Assembly (NCBI GenBank): GCA_951406725.2
Contig: OX597823.1
Location: 62,000,001-62,064,000, forward strand
Source: Octopus vulgaris
Lineage: Eukaryota
Length of the DNA: 64,000 nucleotides
Direction: 5' to 3'
This document shows, in pieces, positions 36,814-48,689 of this stretch. The position numbers and the translations under genes are program-made. The notes below the pieces were generated by a model that saw only the letters and a program-made list of their open reading frames with translations, was not told where the DNA came from and made no database searches. Positions within the stretch are counted from its first letter, which is position 1; every line of letters starts with the position of its first letter.

Positions 36814-37174
36814 GTATAAGTATGAGTTGTGCATTTGGATAGATGTAATCAACTAGTCCTCTCCCCGCCAAAAAATTTCAGGCTTTGTGCCTGTAGTTGA
36901 AAGGATTATTACATATAAGCACTCGAGTATTCCATCTACAGTTGCACCCTTAATGTATTCCTTATGGCAGTATCAGAATGATGCATTACACAAATGAACA
37001 CATATAAGTGCATACACTTATACACCAGACACTTTAAATATCAGCTCTGCTTCAGGTTTTAGCTACAACTGTAGGATCTGAATTTTCTGTTGATGGATAT
37101 ATATAAACACTAGTAAAATATTTAGTACTCTCACTTAACACTCCTTTTACAACCCACACAAAACTCAGAAAAAC

Positions 37175-37590
37175 ACCACACACACACACACACACACAGG
37201 TGTGTCCTCATACTCACACCTGCATTCTTGCACTAACATCCATGTCCTTCTACACACAAACACACACACCTCATCGTCACATGTGCATACCTGCTTCTCC
37301 ATATTCTTATTCATTTCTCCAACATATGCGTACACATTCACTCACACACTTTCACGTTCACATTTCCCCTTACTCACTCTCACACATCCACTTCACCTTC
37401 ATACAAGCACACTGTCACACTACCCCCACAATCTCTTTCACATTCACATCCCACCTCATTCATTCTCTCTCACGTGCATTCACATCCCCTACACACACAC
37501 ACTCATTCTCTCTTTTTTTCTCATTCCCTCATTTGCATTTTCCCTCTCTGTCACATCACCCTCACACACTCAAATTCATGGATACACATG
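37175..37590. repeat. CA/CT-rich low-complexity tract
   Basis: Degenerate (CA)n/(CT)n; source of the H/T/S/F-rich ORFs at 37200-37700. Confidence 0.8.
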
Positions 37591-37724
37591 CAAGTATCAT
37601 GTTCTACCCTTTTAACCAAATTTTCTACAGGTATTTAACTTTCCAGCTCTTTCGCTCTCCATACCATTCAAAACTTACTTTTTCCCCCCACCTCTCTTAA
37701 GCTCAATCATGACCATTCAATCAC

Positions 37725-38110
37725 TTGAATTTGTATTGCTCTTTTCCTCAAACTCTAATCTTATCCAGTTTAATCCAGCTAGTATTGCTCTAGTCTTCTC
37801 TTCCCCAAACCTTAATCTTGTTGAATTTGATCCAGTTAATAATGCACTCCCTACCCAACATACATTGCCATTGTTATCCTCAACTTGGATTGTTATTAAT
37901 TACTCTAACTTAAATTGCCTTTAATTATCCCCAGCTTACATTAAGATTTATTATCCTGAGTCAGACTGCCATTGTTACCCCAATATAGTTTACTATTTAT
38001 TAATTTCACATAGATTGCTATTAATTAAACTTATATAGATTTCTATCAATTAACCTCCTATACATTGCTATTAATTAAACTCACATTCATTGTTCTCAGT
38101 TACCCTCACA
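37725..38110. repeat. Degenerate 25-bp minisatellite
   Basis: TAGATTGCTATTAATTAAACTTATA / TAGATTTCTATCAATTAACCTCCTA / TACATTGCTATTAATTAAACTCACA / TTCATTGTTCTCAGTTACCCTCACA at 38011-38110; decayed units upstream. Confidence 0.75.
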
Positions 38111-39886
38111 TTTTTAATGGTTGTCTCTTGGACCCTAGAAAGACAGTTCTGCAATTTCTTGCTGAGCAGCTTATGCAGATGATTTATTTATAGTGATCAA
38201 ATGTTTGCATTGCACATAAGTTCACTCCCTCCATCAAATTGATATTGCCTGTGCAGTTGCATGGTGTGCCACATGTCTGATGTTGAAGTGATTGCAGTGC
38301 AACACGAGATGAAGTTTTTGATTAAGAATGCAATGCACCACCCATTCTGAAAATCAAACCCATGTTCTTGCTCTTGTGAGTGCAGCATGCTGACCACCAG
38401 GACATGTCCTCACCTTACCGTCACATTGATCACAATTTTTTCTTTACTTTACATTGCCATCATTATCCTAACAAGTATTTAACAATTACCCTTAGATTGT
38501 CAGTAATTTGCTATAACTTATATTACAATCATTAACCTAACTGTTACCCCTAACACAAATGTGAAGATTATCAGTGAGGAAATATTTGTAAAACCTTTAA
38601 ATTTTGCTGCACATTCCTCAGTCCAAGTGAAACCATGACTTCTGCAGGTGTTGCATGGTACTAATTACACACCTGGAAAGAAAAACTCATGAAAATGTCT
38701 GCACGAGACCTTATTGTATTAAAAAGACTCAAAGCCTCCATACCTATTTCTGAGTTGATATTGAAACTTCTTTCTAAAATATCTGCATTCTCAGCTACGA
38801 TATTGATTTTTCCTTCATTTGTAGTTTGGGATATAAAGATAAAAAAATTAAAAAATTAGAAAATATAAAAATATCATTTGCTTTAATAGTACTTATACTG
38901 TATGTGCCTGTGTGTTGTGCATCTCTCTACTCCACTCTATCTATTCCTCTCTATCAATTTATCTATCTATCTAATCATCTTTTTCTCTCACTCTACTTCT
39001 AACTGCACATATTCATTGCTCACTCACTGACTAAAACATGAATTCACACAAAAGAAGATTAATTTGTACACATACATTCTCCCAAGCTCTTTATCTATCT
39101 GTCTTTCTTTCTCTCTCCCATTTTGTATATGTCTCTCTCCTCTGTATCTTAATCTTTCTTTCTCTGGTTGTCTTTTTCCCTCCCTGTCGGTCTCTCTCTC
39201 ATATGTGCATGAATGTGTATATATATATATATATATATATTTATTTATTTATTTATATACACACACCATATATATAAAATGAGAATATATTTTTTCAATA
39301 AAATTTATATATTGAACTTTCATGGTTTTGCATATATATATTTATGTGTGTGTATGTCTGTGTGTCTGTGTGTGTGTGCGTGCGTGCGTGCGTGTGTGTG
39401 TATATACACACGCTCACACACATTGAAATTCTAATACATTTTCTCAGTTTATATCTTATAAAGTTTAATATTGATTTTTGTTCTGCCTTGTAAATAGATT
39501 TAAATCTGTTAATTCCTCGTATCAAACGGTAATTTCAGATATTACTAATCTTTTTATACACTGCTTTACAAGAAAAATGGCAATATAAATTGCATTACTG
39601 GAAAATTATATATTATTTCCTTTAAAACGTTAAGAGAAAACTAATATTTGAAGTATGTATAATGATGAACATATAAATATTAATGATAGTTGCTGCTTAA
39701 ATCATTAGCCTTCTTATTGTTTTGATGAGCATTTAAAATTTTCCTTTTCCCTATGTTTGGTTTTATCTTAGTACTCTTTATTTTCATTTTTAGGCATGTC
39801 ACCTTTTACATTACACACCATAGTTGGTTAATATATTGTGAACTTCGGCTGAGTATTTTTGCACATGCGTCAATGTTTGTCACGAC

Positions 39887-40170
39887 ATGGCTTAGTGGCT
39901 AGGGTATTCAGCTCATGATTGTAAGATTGTGTGTTCGATATCTGGAAGCACATTGTTTCCTTGAGCAAGGCACTTTATTTCACATTGCTCCAGTCTACTT
40001 GGCTGGCAAAAATGAGCAGTACCTGTGTTTCAAAGGACCAGCCTTGTCACATCCTGTGTCATGCTGAATCTCCTTGAGAACTACACTTGTATGTGGAGTG
40101 CTGAGACACTTGCACATTAATTTCAAGAGGAGGCCGTTCCATTGATTAGACCAACTGGAACCCTTATCAT
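39887..40170 (+). mobile_element. SINE F, near full length
   Basis: A-box TGGCTTAGTGG, B-box-like GTGTTCGATATC, then TCCTTGAGCAAGGCACTTTATTTCACATTGCTCCAG. Confidence 0.75.
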
Positions 40171-40519
40171 TGTAACTGACAGAGTCCCAGTTTCTTTCTT
40201 ATTTAGCTCCAGTTTAAAACTCCTCTCGCTATCCTTGTGATCAAAGGTGTTCCTAACATGCCCATCCTCTTTTTCTTACTGTTTAAAGATGGTGTATACA
40301 TTATACATTTTTCGGCATTGAGGAAAAAGTTGTAACCAAGACCTATTTTGCAGTCACTTGGCAATAGGTGGAATTCTCATGGTTAATTTTCCTCTGTGCT
40401 CTTCTTTCTTTTTAGTGTGGGCTGGGTGTGATTTGAAATAGACTTGGCAACAAATTTTAGCTGTTATAGTCATATATGGTAGATGTCATAGAAGCAGTTG
40501 TTGGTGTAGAACTACTACT

Positions 40520-40745
40520 ACTGATTGTTGTTTAGTTCTGATCTAACAGATTTATCATCAAAATGTGTTCCAGATATGACCATCTCATCATCTTTGTTCT
40601 TTTTTTTATTCATACATAGTGTACATTAGGCCATATTGTTTAATATGCAGTTCTGTTGTTTTAAAACACTAGAGTATGGGTTAGGGATGATTTGGTTGCT
40701 CTTTCTAGCAGGTTGAGCAACCGTGTAGTAACTCCTTCACTGGAT
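40520..40745 (-). mobile_element. Interspersed repeat family G (other copies ~10125, 40200, 41350, 46660, 52870, 56000, 58660, 59600)
   Basis: Shared motif GATTTGG(C/T)TGCT(A/C)TTTCTAGCAGG and GTTGTTTAG..CTGATC end. Confidence 0.55.
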
Positions 40746-40839
40746 TATAAGTTTTGTATTTTTTCCTTGGTTAAGACATTTACAATGAGCGCATCTAGTT
40801 GAATGCAGGTACTATTTAATCATATGATTCAATTCTGGT

Positions 40840-40982
40840 GTTAGGATGGGCATCCAGTTGTAAAAATCATGCCAAAACAGACAGTGGAACTTGGTGCATT
40901 CCTCTGGCTTACCAGTTCCTGTTAAACCATCCAATCCATGCCAGCATGGAAGACAGAGGTTAAATGATGACGATGATGATGA
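40840..40982 (+). mobile_element. SINE C 3' part
   Basis: TTAGGATGGGCATCCAG..TCCAATCCATGCCAGCATGGAAGACAGAGGTTAAATGATGACGATG. Confidence 0.8.
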
Positions 40983-41603
40983 AATAATACTGCTACTACC
41001 ACTGGAGTGGTAGTAACAGTATATCAGTTCTGAGGGTGTGCATTGATTTACAATTCTGTGCTCAAATTCTAAGGATTAAGCTAGGAAAGAAATAGATTCA
41101 ACTAGGTTTATTTGCCTCAGTACATCATATAAAAATCAAGGTTCTCCATCACATCCTTCTATTACATTGAGCTGCTGTTTCACTAAGAAAACTACATAAA
41201 ACTACTGAAATTATTCAAGTGAGATTCTAGTATATCAAACTAGCCAAATGAGAATTTAACTTTACGAAACGTTCCTCTATTTATCTTGTTCTTTGGCATC
41301 AATTCAAATTTGTTTGCTCTTGGTGATTCCAGTTTGTGTTTTTCACCATCGTTTTAATTTTGACTAGATTGAGCCTCTACATGTTTGGTTGAATGAGCAA
41401 TCAGAAAAAAACATTGAAACTATACTCTACTGTCTAAAGAAAGGATACAGTAGGTAGTGTGGTGTGAGGTACATGACAAGTTTGTTCAGTTAGGACTGAC
41501 TCATGACTGAACAACAACTACTAATAGTGTTTTGTATTTTCTCTACTAATTCTTGGTTATTGTAATAGACATGATTATTCTTATCTATCTATATATATAT
41601 ATT

Positions 41604-41834
41604 TATAAATAAGGATAATATCGATATTTAAATATCAATATTATCAAGTGGCCAGCATGGGAAAAATACCATACAAAGGAAATAATTTTTTACAACTAAA
41701 AATAAGGGTGTCTGAGAGACACCACCATGCCGAAATAGCAGTCAAATCCCTGACTCTAAAAACATGGTTTATAGATTCAGGGATTTGACTGCTATTTCGG
41801 CATGGTGGTGTCATTCAGACACCCTTATTTTTAG

Positions 41835-41836
<2 letters not shown>
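41604..41836. mobile_element. Asymmetric fold-back element within (TA)n
   Basis: 70-nt arms 41694-41763 and 41767-41836 (4 mismatches, 3-nt loop); unpaired extension 41604-41693; (TA)n at 41590-41603 and 41837-41868. Confidence 0.7.
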
Positions 41837-41871
<35 letters not shown>

Positions 41872-42019
41872 ACTACAAATTTAAGAGAAGAGAATGGTTG
41901 ATTTAATTAACTGCCATTATTTGACTGATTCTCATTTTCTCAACTCCTGGAAGAATAAGCAGGTAGAATTGAATCCAGTAGAATTTTAAACCCAAGACAA
42001 AAAGAAATATATTGGCCCC

Positions 42020-42310
42020 TGTACTTATTTTATCTTTTTGAGCCTGGTGCTTACTCTGTCAGTCTCTTTTACTAAACTGGTAAGTTACAGGGATGTAAAC
42101 ACACCAACACTGGTTGTCAAGTGGTGGTAGGGGACAGGCACACACACACACGTCTGTGTGTGTTTGATGGGCTTCTTTCAGTTTCCATCTACCAAAGGTC
42201 ATCCCCAGGCTATAATGGAAGACATTTGCCCAGGATGTCACAGTGGGAATGAACCCAGAACCATGAGGATGGCAAGCAAGCTTCTTACCACACGGCCATG
42301 CCTCCACCTG
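42020..42310 (-). mobile_element. SINE B
   Basis: AAACACACCAACACTGGTTGTCAAG..GTGGGAATGAACCCAGAACCATG..CTTCTTACCACACGGCCATGCC. Confidence 0.85.
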
Positions 42311-43265
42311 TCTTTTTCCTTTCTTCTTTCTTTTTTTTTTTTTTTTCTAGGCTGCAGTAATAATGTCTCTGGGCATTTTTAAAAGAGTAAGAGTAATCTT
42401 AGGTGTTTTGGCTGCAAATTTTGGCAAGTTTGAGCAAATACACAAATGTTCTGTCATTGGCTCAAAATCAAGCTGCTACAATTATAAGGTATTAAGTTCT
42501 GCATCATAATTTTTTTGCCAACTGCCCTGTCCGTATTATGTATGAAATATTGATTGATTGAAGGTGTAATTAATCTAAGATGTTTTACTGTTATGATGAG
42601 TGTTTACTTTAAACTACCAAACTAAGCAGTTTAAAACTAAATCCAGTTTTTATTTTGCTATCTGGTTACCAAACTTCAGGCAGGGTTTTGCATAAAATGT
42701 TGTGAAAAGACAAGTAGATAAAATATAGAACTAATTTTTCTTGCTTTCATTTATTTATCCTGTACTAAATATAGAAGAATTAAATTGGGGACTGTATAAT
42801 TGAGTAGTGAACATTTTACCATTTAGCCATCCCTGTGTGTGCATACTGCATACACACACACATATGCATATGTATGTGTTTGTGTGTAATATATATGTAT
42901 ATGTATTTGTGCAGATATGTGAGTATACATTCACCCCCACCAAAACAGGTTGAGATTCTGTCCTAGCAGATCCAGCAAATGTCTAAAACTGTGATTTATC
43001 TACTGCACCAACCATCTTCCACCTGACAGATGAAATAAACACAACTTCTTCTATAACTGAAGAAACGCTAAAGATCAAAGATACGAAAACTTCTCAGAAG
43101 AAAAGTGTGGAATTATTTGTAAATTTACTTAAAAAAAAAAGAAAATTGTTGCAAACTTTGAAAGGTGCCATGATCAAAGACAGTAATCTAAGAATAGAAA
43201 TGTAATTGAAAAGAAAGAATGTTATAATCATAGATTTGAATTTTAAAAAAAACATTATCATCATA

Positions 43266-43705
43266 GCCACAAGGTTGACTGTGTGGTAAGAAGTTTGATT
43301 CCCAACCATATTGTTCTGGGTTCAGTCCCACTGTGTGGCACCCTGGCAAGTGTCTTCTACAATAGCCTTAGGCCAACCAAAGCCTTGTAAGTGGATTTGG
43401 TAGGCAGAATCTGAAAGAATCCCATTGTATATATGTATATATTTATATGTGTATATGTGTATGTATATATGTGTGCTTGTATGTGTGTATGTATACATAT
43501 GTATGTGTGTGCGTGTATCTTTGTGTCTATCTGTCTCCCGTCACCGCTTAGCAACAGGTGTCGGTGTGTTTACATGCCTGTAATTTAGCAGTCAGCAAAA
43601 GGGATTGGTAGAATAAGTACCAAGCTTTAAAAAAATAAGTTCTTCAAGGTGGTGCCCCAGCATGGCCATGGTTTAATGACTGGAAACAAATAAAAAATAA
43701 AAGAG
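43266..43705 (+). mobile_element. SINE B, full length, with internal (TA/TG)n
   Basis: GACTGTGTGGTAAG (A-box-like), GGGTTCAGTCCC (B-box), GGCAAGTGTCTTCTAC, microsatellite 43427-43515, tail GGTGGTGCCCCAGCATGGCC..TGACTGGAAACAA. Confidence 0.88.
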
Positions 43706-44152
43706 TGTTACAATGATCAGCATTCCTTCTCATCTTATTGGTATATTAGGTTCAATGTTATTGACTGTCTGTCTTCTCCTTCCTGAAAAGTGTGACCTTG
43801 TAATTTTGTTAGAAATCATCATCATTTAACGTTGGTCTTCCTCAACCACGTACACATCTCACCCTCTTCATACACTGTGCCTACCGCTCTTCTTCATCCA
43901 TCCCTGCAACCTCCCCACCTGAATGACATCTCTCTTTCACCCCTATGTTTCCTTTATTATAATTTCTATTCTGCCTCCTTGTACTATCAGACATCCTTTA
44001 CTTCACACATTCTCACCTTGTACCTTGAAAGTTCACAATGACATCTCATCATTTATATCACTTTCCAACTCTCTCGCCCACCCACTATTCCAAAATGCGA
44101 GTAGTCATGGTATTCCTCAACAGCAAGAAACTTGTTCTGCTATGGTTTTCTT

Positions 44153-44156
<4 letters not shown>

Positions 44157-44226
<70 letters not shown>
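44157..44226. repeat. (CT)n microsatellite
   Basis: Direct reading. Confidence 0.95.
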
Positions 44227-44229
<3 letters not shown>

Positions 44230-45794
44230 TTTTACCCACCTTGTATAAGAAGTATCTTATCCTCCAAGCTTTTCCTCCCTCAGACTTCATAATCTTGTAA
44301 GCTTTATAGCAAACTCACTAGTGCTGGGGATGTGAAAAAAGACACCCACTACATGCTGTAAAGTGGTTAGCATTAGAAAAGACATCCAGCCATAAAAACT
44401 ATGCCAAAGCAGACACTAGAGCAGAATGTAGTCCTGAGACCTTTCAACTGTCAAACTGTCCAACCCATGTTAGCATGGAATATGGACAGTAAATAATGAT
44501 GATGTGTATCCAGTTTATAGAAAAGTTCTGCTATATCCTTACATATTGAAAGAGATGGCCAAAAGGGTTGTCCTTAAGAAAGGCCTAAAAAAATGCCTCA
44601 TTCAATCCATGGGAAGTAAATGTAAAATATCCCATCCAGCATGGGAAGTAAATGTAAAAGCTATGATAATAAACAACATTGTATGTGTGTGTGTGTGGAT
44701 GTATTTATGGATTTGAGTGTATCTGTATCGTTGTGATCTAACATAATTAATAGATAATTATTATATAACCAAAAAAAGAAAAAAGAAGAAATATCCTTCT
44801 TCTCCAATTTTGGATTGAACAACCAAAACTAAAGGAATAACTGCAAAAGATGAGCAACAATGACTTAAACATACACATGGAAGACTTTTAATTTGTTGAA
44901 GGATTTCAAAAACTCTTAGCATGCTTGTCTCAGAAAGCTTAAATTTCATTTTTGTATAGTGTTTCCTTATTCTTGTGAAATTTATTTTGATAAAATTTTA
45001 CCAGTTAAAAGTTTAGAGAACTTCTATTTAAAGTCAATTTTTTTCACATAATGTACTGTGGCTTAATGTCAAAATTAGTTTCACAATTCACATTTTAAGA
45101 TGCAAAATTTTTGCAAGTATAGATAGTACTAAACTGTATTGTTCATATAAGATGCTACACTGATCTATTTCAGTTTGTAACAGTAGTTTATTTTTCCAGT
45201 TTCACTCAATGCAGCTCTGATAAATGTTAAATAAAGTTCATTAGTTGCATCTGTGTATACAGTACGTAATTCCTTTGTGTAATACTTTTAACAACTAGGT
45301 GCCATTAAAAAATGCAATTTTGATGTATCATACTTGTTAAGAATTTTTTTTTCTTTCATTGTTACTTCTCACAAACTACTGTTTGGCTGAAAGGGATATA
45401 CATTCAAAGGTTTCTCTCTATCATTGATTAATTTATATATTTCCATGTAAGATTCTCTTCACAGCACTTATACGTAGAACAAGTTGTAAGTTTCACTAAA
45501 GATAGTCAATGTTGGGAGGTAATTCTTCAGTAGCGTGACAACATGCTAAATAGAAAGGGTGACAGATGCATTCTCTGATAATCAAGTTTGGAATCTTTTA
45601 TTTCATTAATGTGTAGAGAGAATTATTCCCACATCATTCAAGAACTTTAACATGACTTGATGCAACACTACAGTAATAGCTTTTAACTTTAAAAACTATG
45701 ATGTGGTTTTATTTTGTCATCTATTGTAATATCTATCACATCTGCACATAGATGCTTTCCACAAGCAATATCAGTCGACTACCAAAGTCGCCTT

Positions 45795-46058
45795 ACTGGC
45801 ACCTGTGCTGGTGGCATGTGTAAAAGGATTCGGGCGAGGTCATTGCAAGTACCGCCTGACTGGCCCCTGTGCCGGTGGCACGTAAAAAGCACCCACTACA
45901 CTCTCAGAGTGGTTGGCATTAGGAAGGGCATCCAGCTGTAGAAACTCTACCAAATCGAGATTGGAGCCTGGTGCTGCCATCTGGTTTGCCAGCCCTCATT
46001 CAAAATCGTGCAACTCATGCTAGCATGGAAAGCGAACGTTAAATGATGATGATGATGA
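45795..46058 (+). mobile_element. SINE C
   Basis: GTGCCGGTGGCACGTAAAAAGCACCCACTACACTC..TTAGGAAGGGCATCCAGCTGTAG..GCATGGAAAGCGAACGTTAAATGATGATG. Confidence 0.88.
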
Positions 46059-46929
46059 CCTCCAAAATCAAAAAGAGCCTATTAATATGTCTTGCATTGG
46101 TTCTGTCAGTAAGGGTGGTGCAGTAACATTTTTTTAATAAGTGGCATGCATTTTGTTCTCTGCCATTTCAAATCAGCTGCAATTGATGGATGAAAGAATT
46201 CCTTCATTAATAAGTTCTCATAAATGACTGGTACTGTGTATATCTACATGGCAAGTTACAAATACTACAAGCTATAGTTCTAATTTTGTTATTTTGCTTC
46301 TGGGAAAAAAATGCTTTGATAGTTTGGTTCAAATTTGAGTTTATTACAGCACTTTCTTTTGATGTTTAGCTGAAGAAGCATGCTTTGTCAAATTGGTTGT
46401 ATAACTTCATATTTCAACATTGCACATGCTTACATAAAGTTTTATAGTTATTCATGTTTTATTTCTCTAACTCAAATTGAAAATTGCAGATAAGTGAGCC
46501 AGCATTTTTGAAACTTTTATTTCACTTTGACTGCTTGCTCATTGTGTAAATCGTATAGTTTTGGAAGAAATGAGATTAAAAAAAAATATTTAGTTTGTTC
46601 AGACTTCAGCCATGTAACTGATTAACTACTGCCAACAGCTTCCAGTTCTCATACCAAGTAGCCTATATATGTTTGGTCAACACTCTAGAAATAGCAGCAG
46701 ATTTTCCTTCAGTTTATATTTTGTCTTAAAGAAAAAAGGATACATTGAAAAAAATTAGATCATTTGGTTAAGATAATCTTTTAGTTCTGTCAACCTCCAC
46801 TGTCAAAGTCTATACTCAAAGGATATCTGTTGCCAAACATTGCTACCTATAGTGTCTACCTTCCAGTGTTTCAATCTTGGATTCAGTTATTCTGTATCAT
46901 AATGTCATTAAAATATTATTATTGTTATT

Positions 46930-47148
46930 ATTCAGTTGTCTTATTTTTATCACATGCTTTCACTGCACTACCTAGTGCAACTCTGTGTCCCTTGAGTATG
47001 GGCTGTGGTTTGTTGTGATGCTCTTATTTTCACTATTGAAAGTGCTTTACGTAGGATGTGTGCAGTACCTGGTAATGCTATTTTCTGTATGTTATATACA
47101 TTCGTAAGTCCTGATGTTTGGATAAGTATTTGCCTGAATGTCTTTTGT
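46930..47148 (-). pseudogene. Dong/R4-type LINE extreme 3' fragment, same family as 36431
   Basis: GLTNVYNIQKIALPGTAHILRKALSI; 3' UTR TCAG..TTATTTTTAT..CATGCTTTCACT.CACTACC is shared with the 36431 copy; (TAT)-type runs on both sides. Confidence 0.8.
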
Positions 47149-47167
47149 TATCATTATTATTACATGC

Positions 47168-47375
47168 AAGGCAGTGAGCTGAGCTGACAGAATCGTTAGC
47201 ATTCTGAGCCAAATGCTTGGAAGCATTCTGTGTTCAAATTTCACTGAGTTTGACTTTGCATTTCATCCTTTCAGGGTTGATAAAATAAGCACCAGTTAAG
47301 CACAGGGATCAATGTAATTAACTAGTCTCCTCCCACAAAATTTCATGCCTTGTACCTATAAGAAGCAGTTATTTA
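47168..47375 (+). mobile_element. SINE A
   Basis: AGGCAGTGAGCTG..TTTCATCCTTTCAGGGTTGATAAAATAAG. Confidence 0.8.
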
Positions 47376-48102
47376 TTTCATGCGGTCTCTCTAATGTTCA
47401 CAACCATTACAAGGAAGGTAATCATTTTGTCATAATACGAAGCAGGATTAGAAATTTGAAATTGAAATTAAGGAATTATGCTTAGAATTCATTTTAATAT
47501 TGTTTGCTTAATATAAGAGTTAAAATTAATTTTAAACATTATTGAAATAATTTTACATTGAATTTATGAAGAAAATATCTTTAAATTATATGCACCTGTT
47601 ATGAATGCATGAACAATTTGTTCAGAACATATAATTGATAATGTTATAGAAGCTATTGTATGATGCAATCAGCAATAAATCATCAATAATGCAAGTAGAT
47701 TTCAATAGAAAGTACAAGTACTTGGAATTTTATATAATCGGTCCTTCTTAATTTATGCATTACTTTTCCAAACTGTTTTAATAGATTCTATATTATACCA
47801 TTTAATTCAGCATAATTAAAATGGTAAATTGAGTCATTTAAGAACATCAAAAAGAAGGTCAAAGAATGCCTGGTGGTGTTTGTTCTAATTCTCTATACTC
47901 TGAGTTCAAATGCTGTCAATGGCAACTTTGCCTTTCTTCTTTTCAAGGTCAATAAGAAAAAACCCCAGCCCAGGGCAATGCATTAGCAGAACTCCAAGAA
48001 TGTCAAATTAGATGCCTTGCAGTATTTGTTCTCTCTCATTTACTCAAAATTCAAATCCCTCCATGACCTATTTAGGTGGTAGATATAAATTAAGCATTTA
48101 GT

Positions 48103-48250
48103 TCAGTGGTTTTCAACTGGAGTCCATATGACCTTTAAGGGTCCACACAAGATTTTCTTGTTAAAATTTATGTGCTATAAATTGCTTATACTTTTACAAT
48201 ACACAAAATATTTTAGCCATTCTTTTTATACAATTCCTAATAATATTTAA
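48103..48250 (+). mobile_element. hAT-type MITE left part (related fragment at ~56245-56355)
   Basis: CAGTGGTTTTCAACTGGAGTCCATATGACC..GGGTCCAC resembles the left end of the 7048 element. Confidence 0.55.
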
Positions 48251-48641
48251 CTAGCTGGACCGATGAAAAATTCACAGAAAACGTAAAAAATATAAGTGTC
48301 TGTAAATTGTGTGCTAGTGCCATGGGAGATGATTGTGTATTGTGACATTTACAGTAATATCCAATATTGGCTGAGGACGCAGTATATAGAATATGGTAAT
48401 TAATTATATTGTAGGAACGTAATAGTAACTTCCAATATTTTCGGTGGTTATGTATCTGTCTACTCTGATAAATACTGATAAACATTTAAAAACACAAAAC
48501 AAGCACCACCTTTCTTTCAGTTACCACTTACACTCTGTCTCACTCACTCTCTGTCCCTCCTCTCTCTCGCTTTACTGCTCACTTCAACTAACTAAAATTC
48601 TTCAAGGTGGTGCCCCAGCATGGCCACAGTCCAATGACTGA

Positions 48642-48689
<48 letters not shown>

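Noticed and set aside
37200-37700. 166-aa His/Thr/Ser-rich ORF
   Set aside because: Degenerate (CA)/(CT) low-complexity sequence
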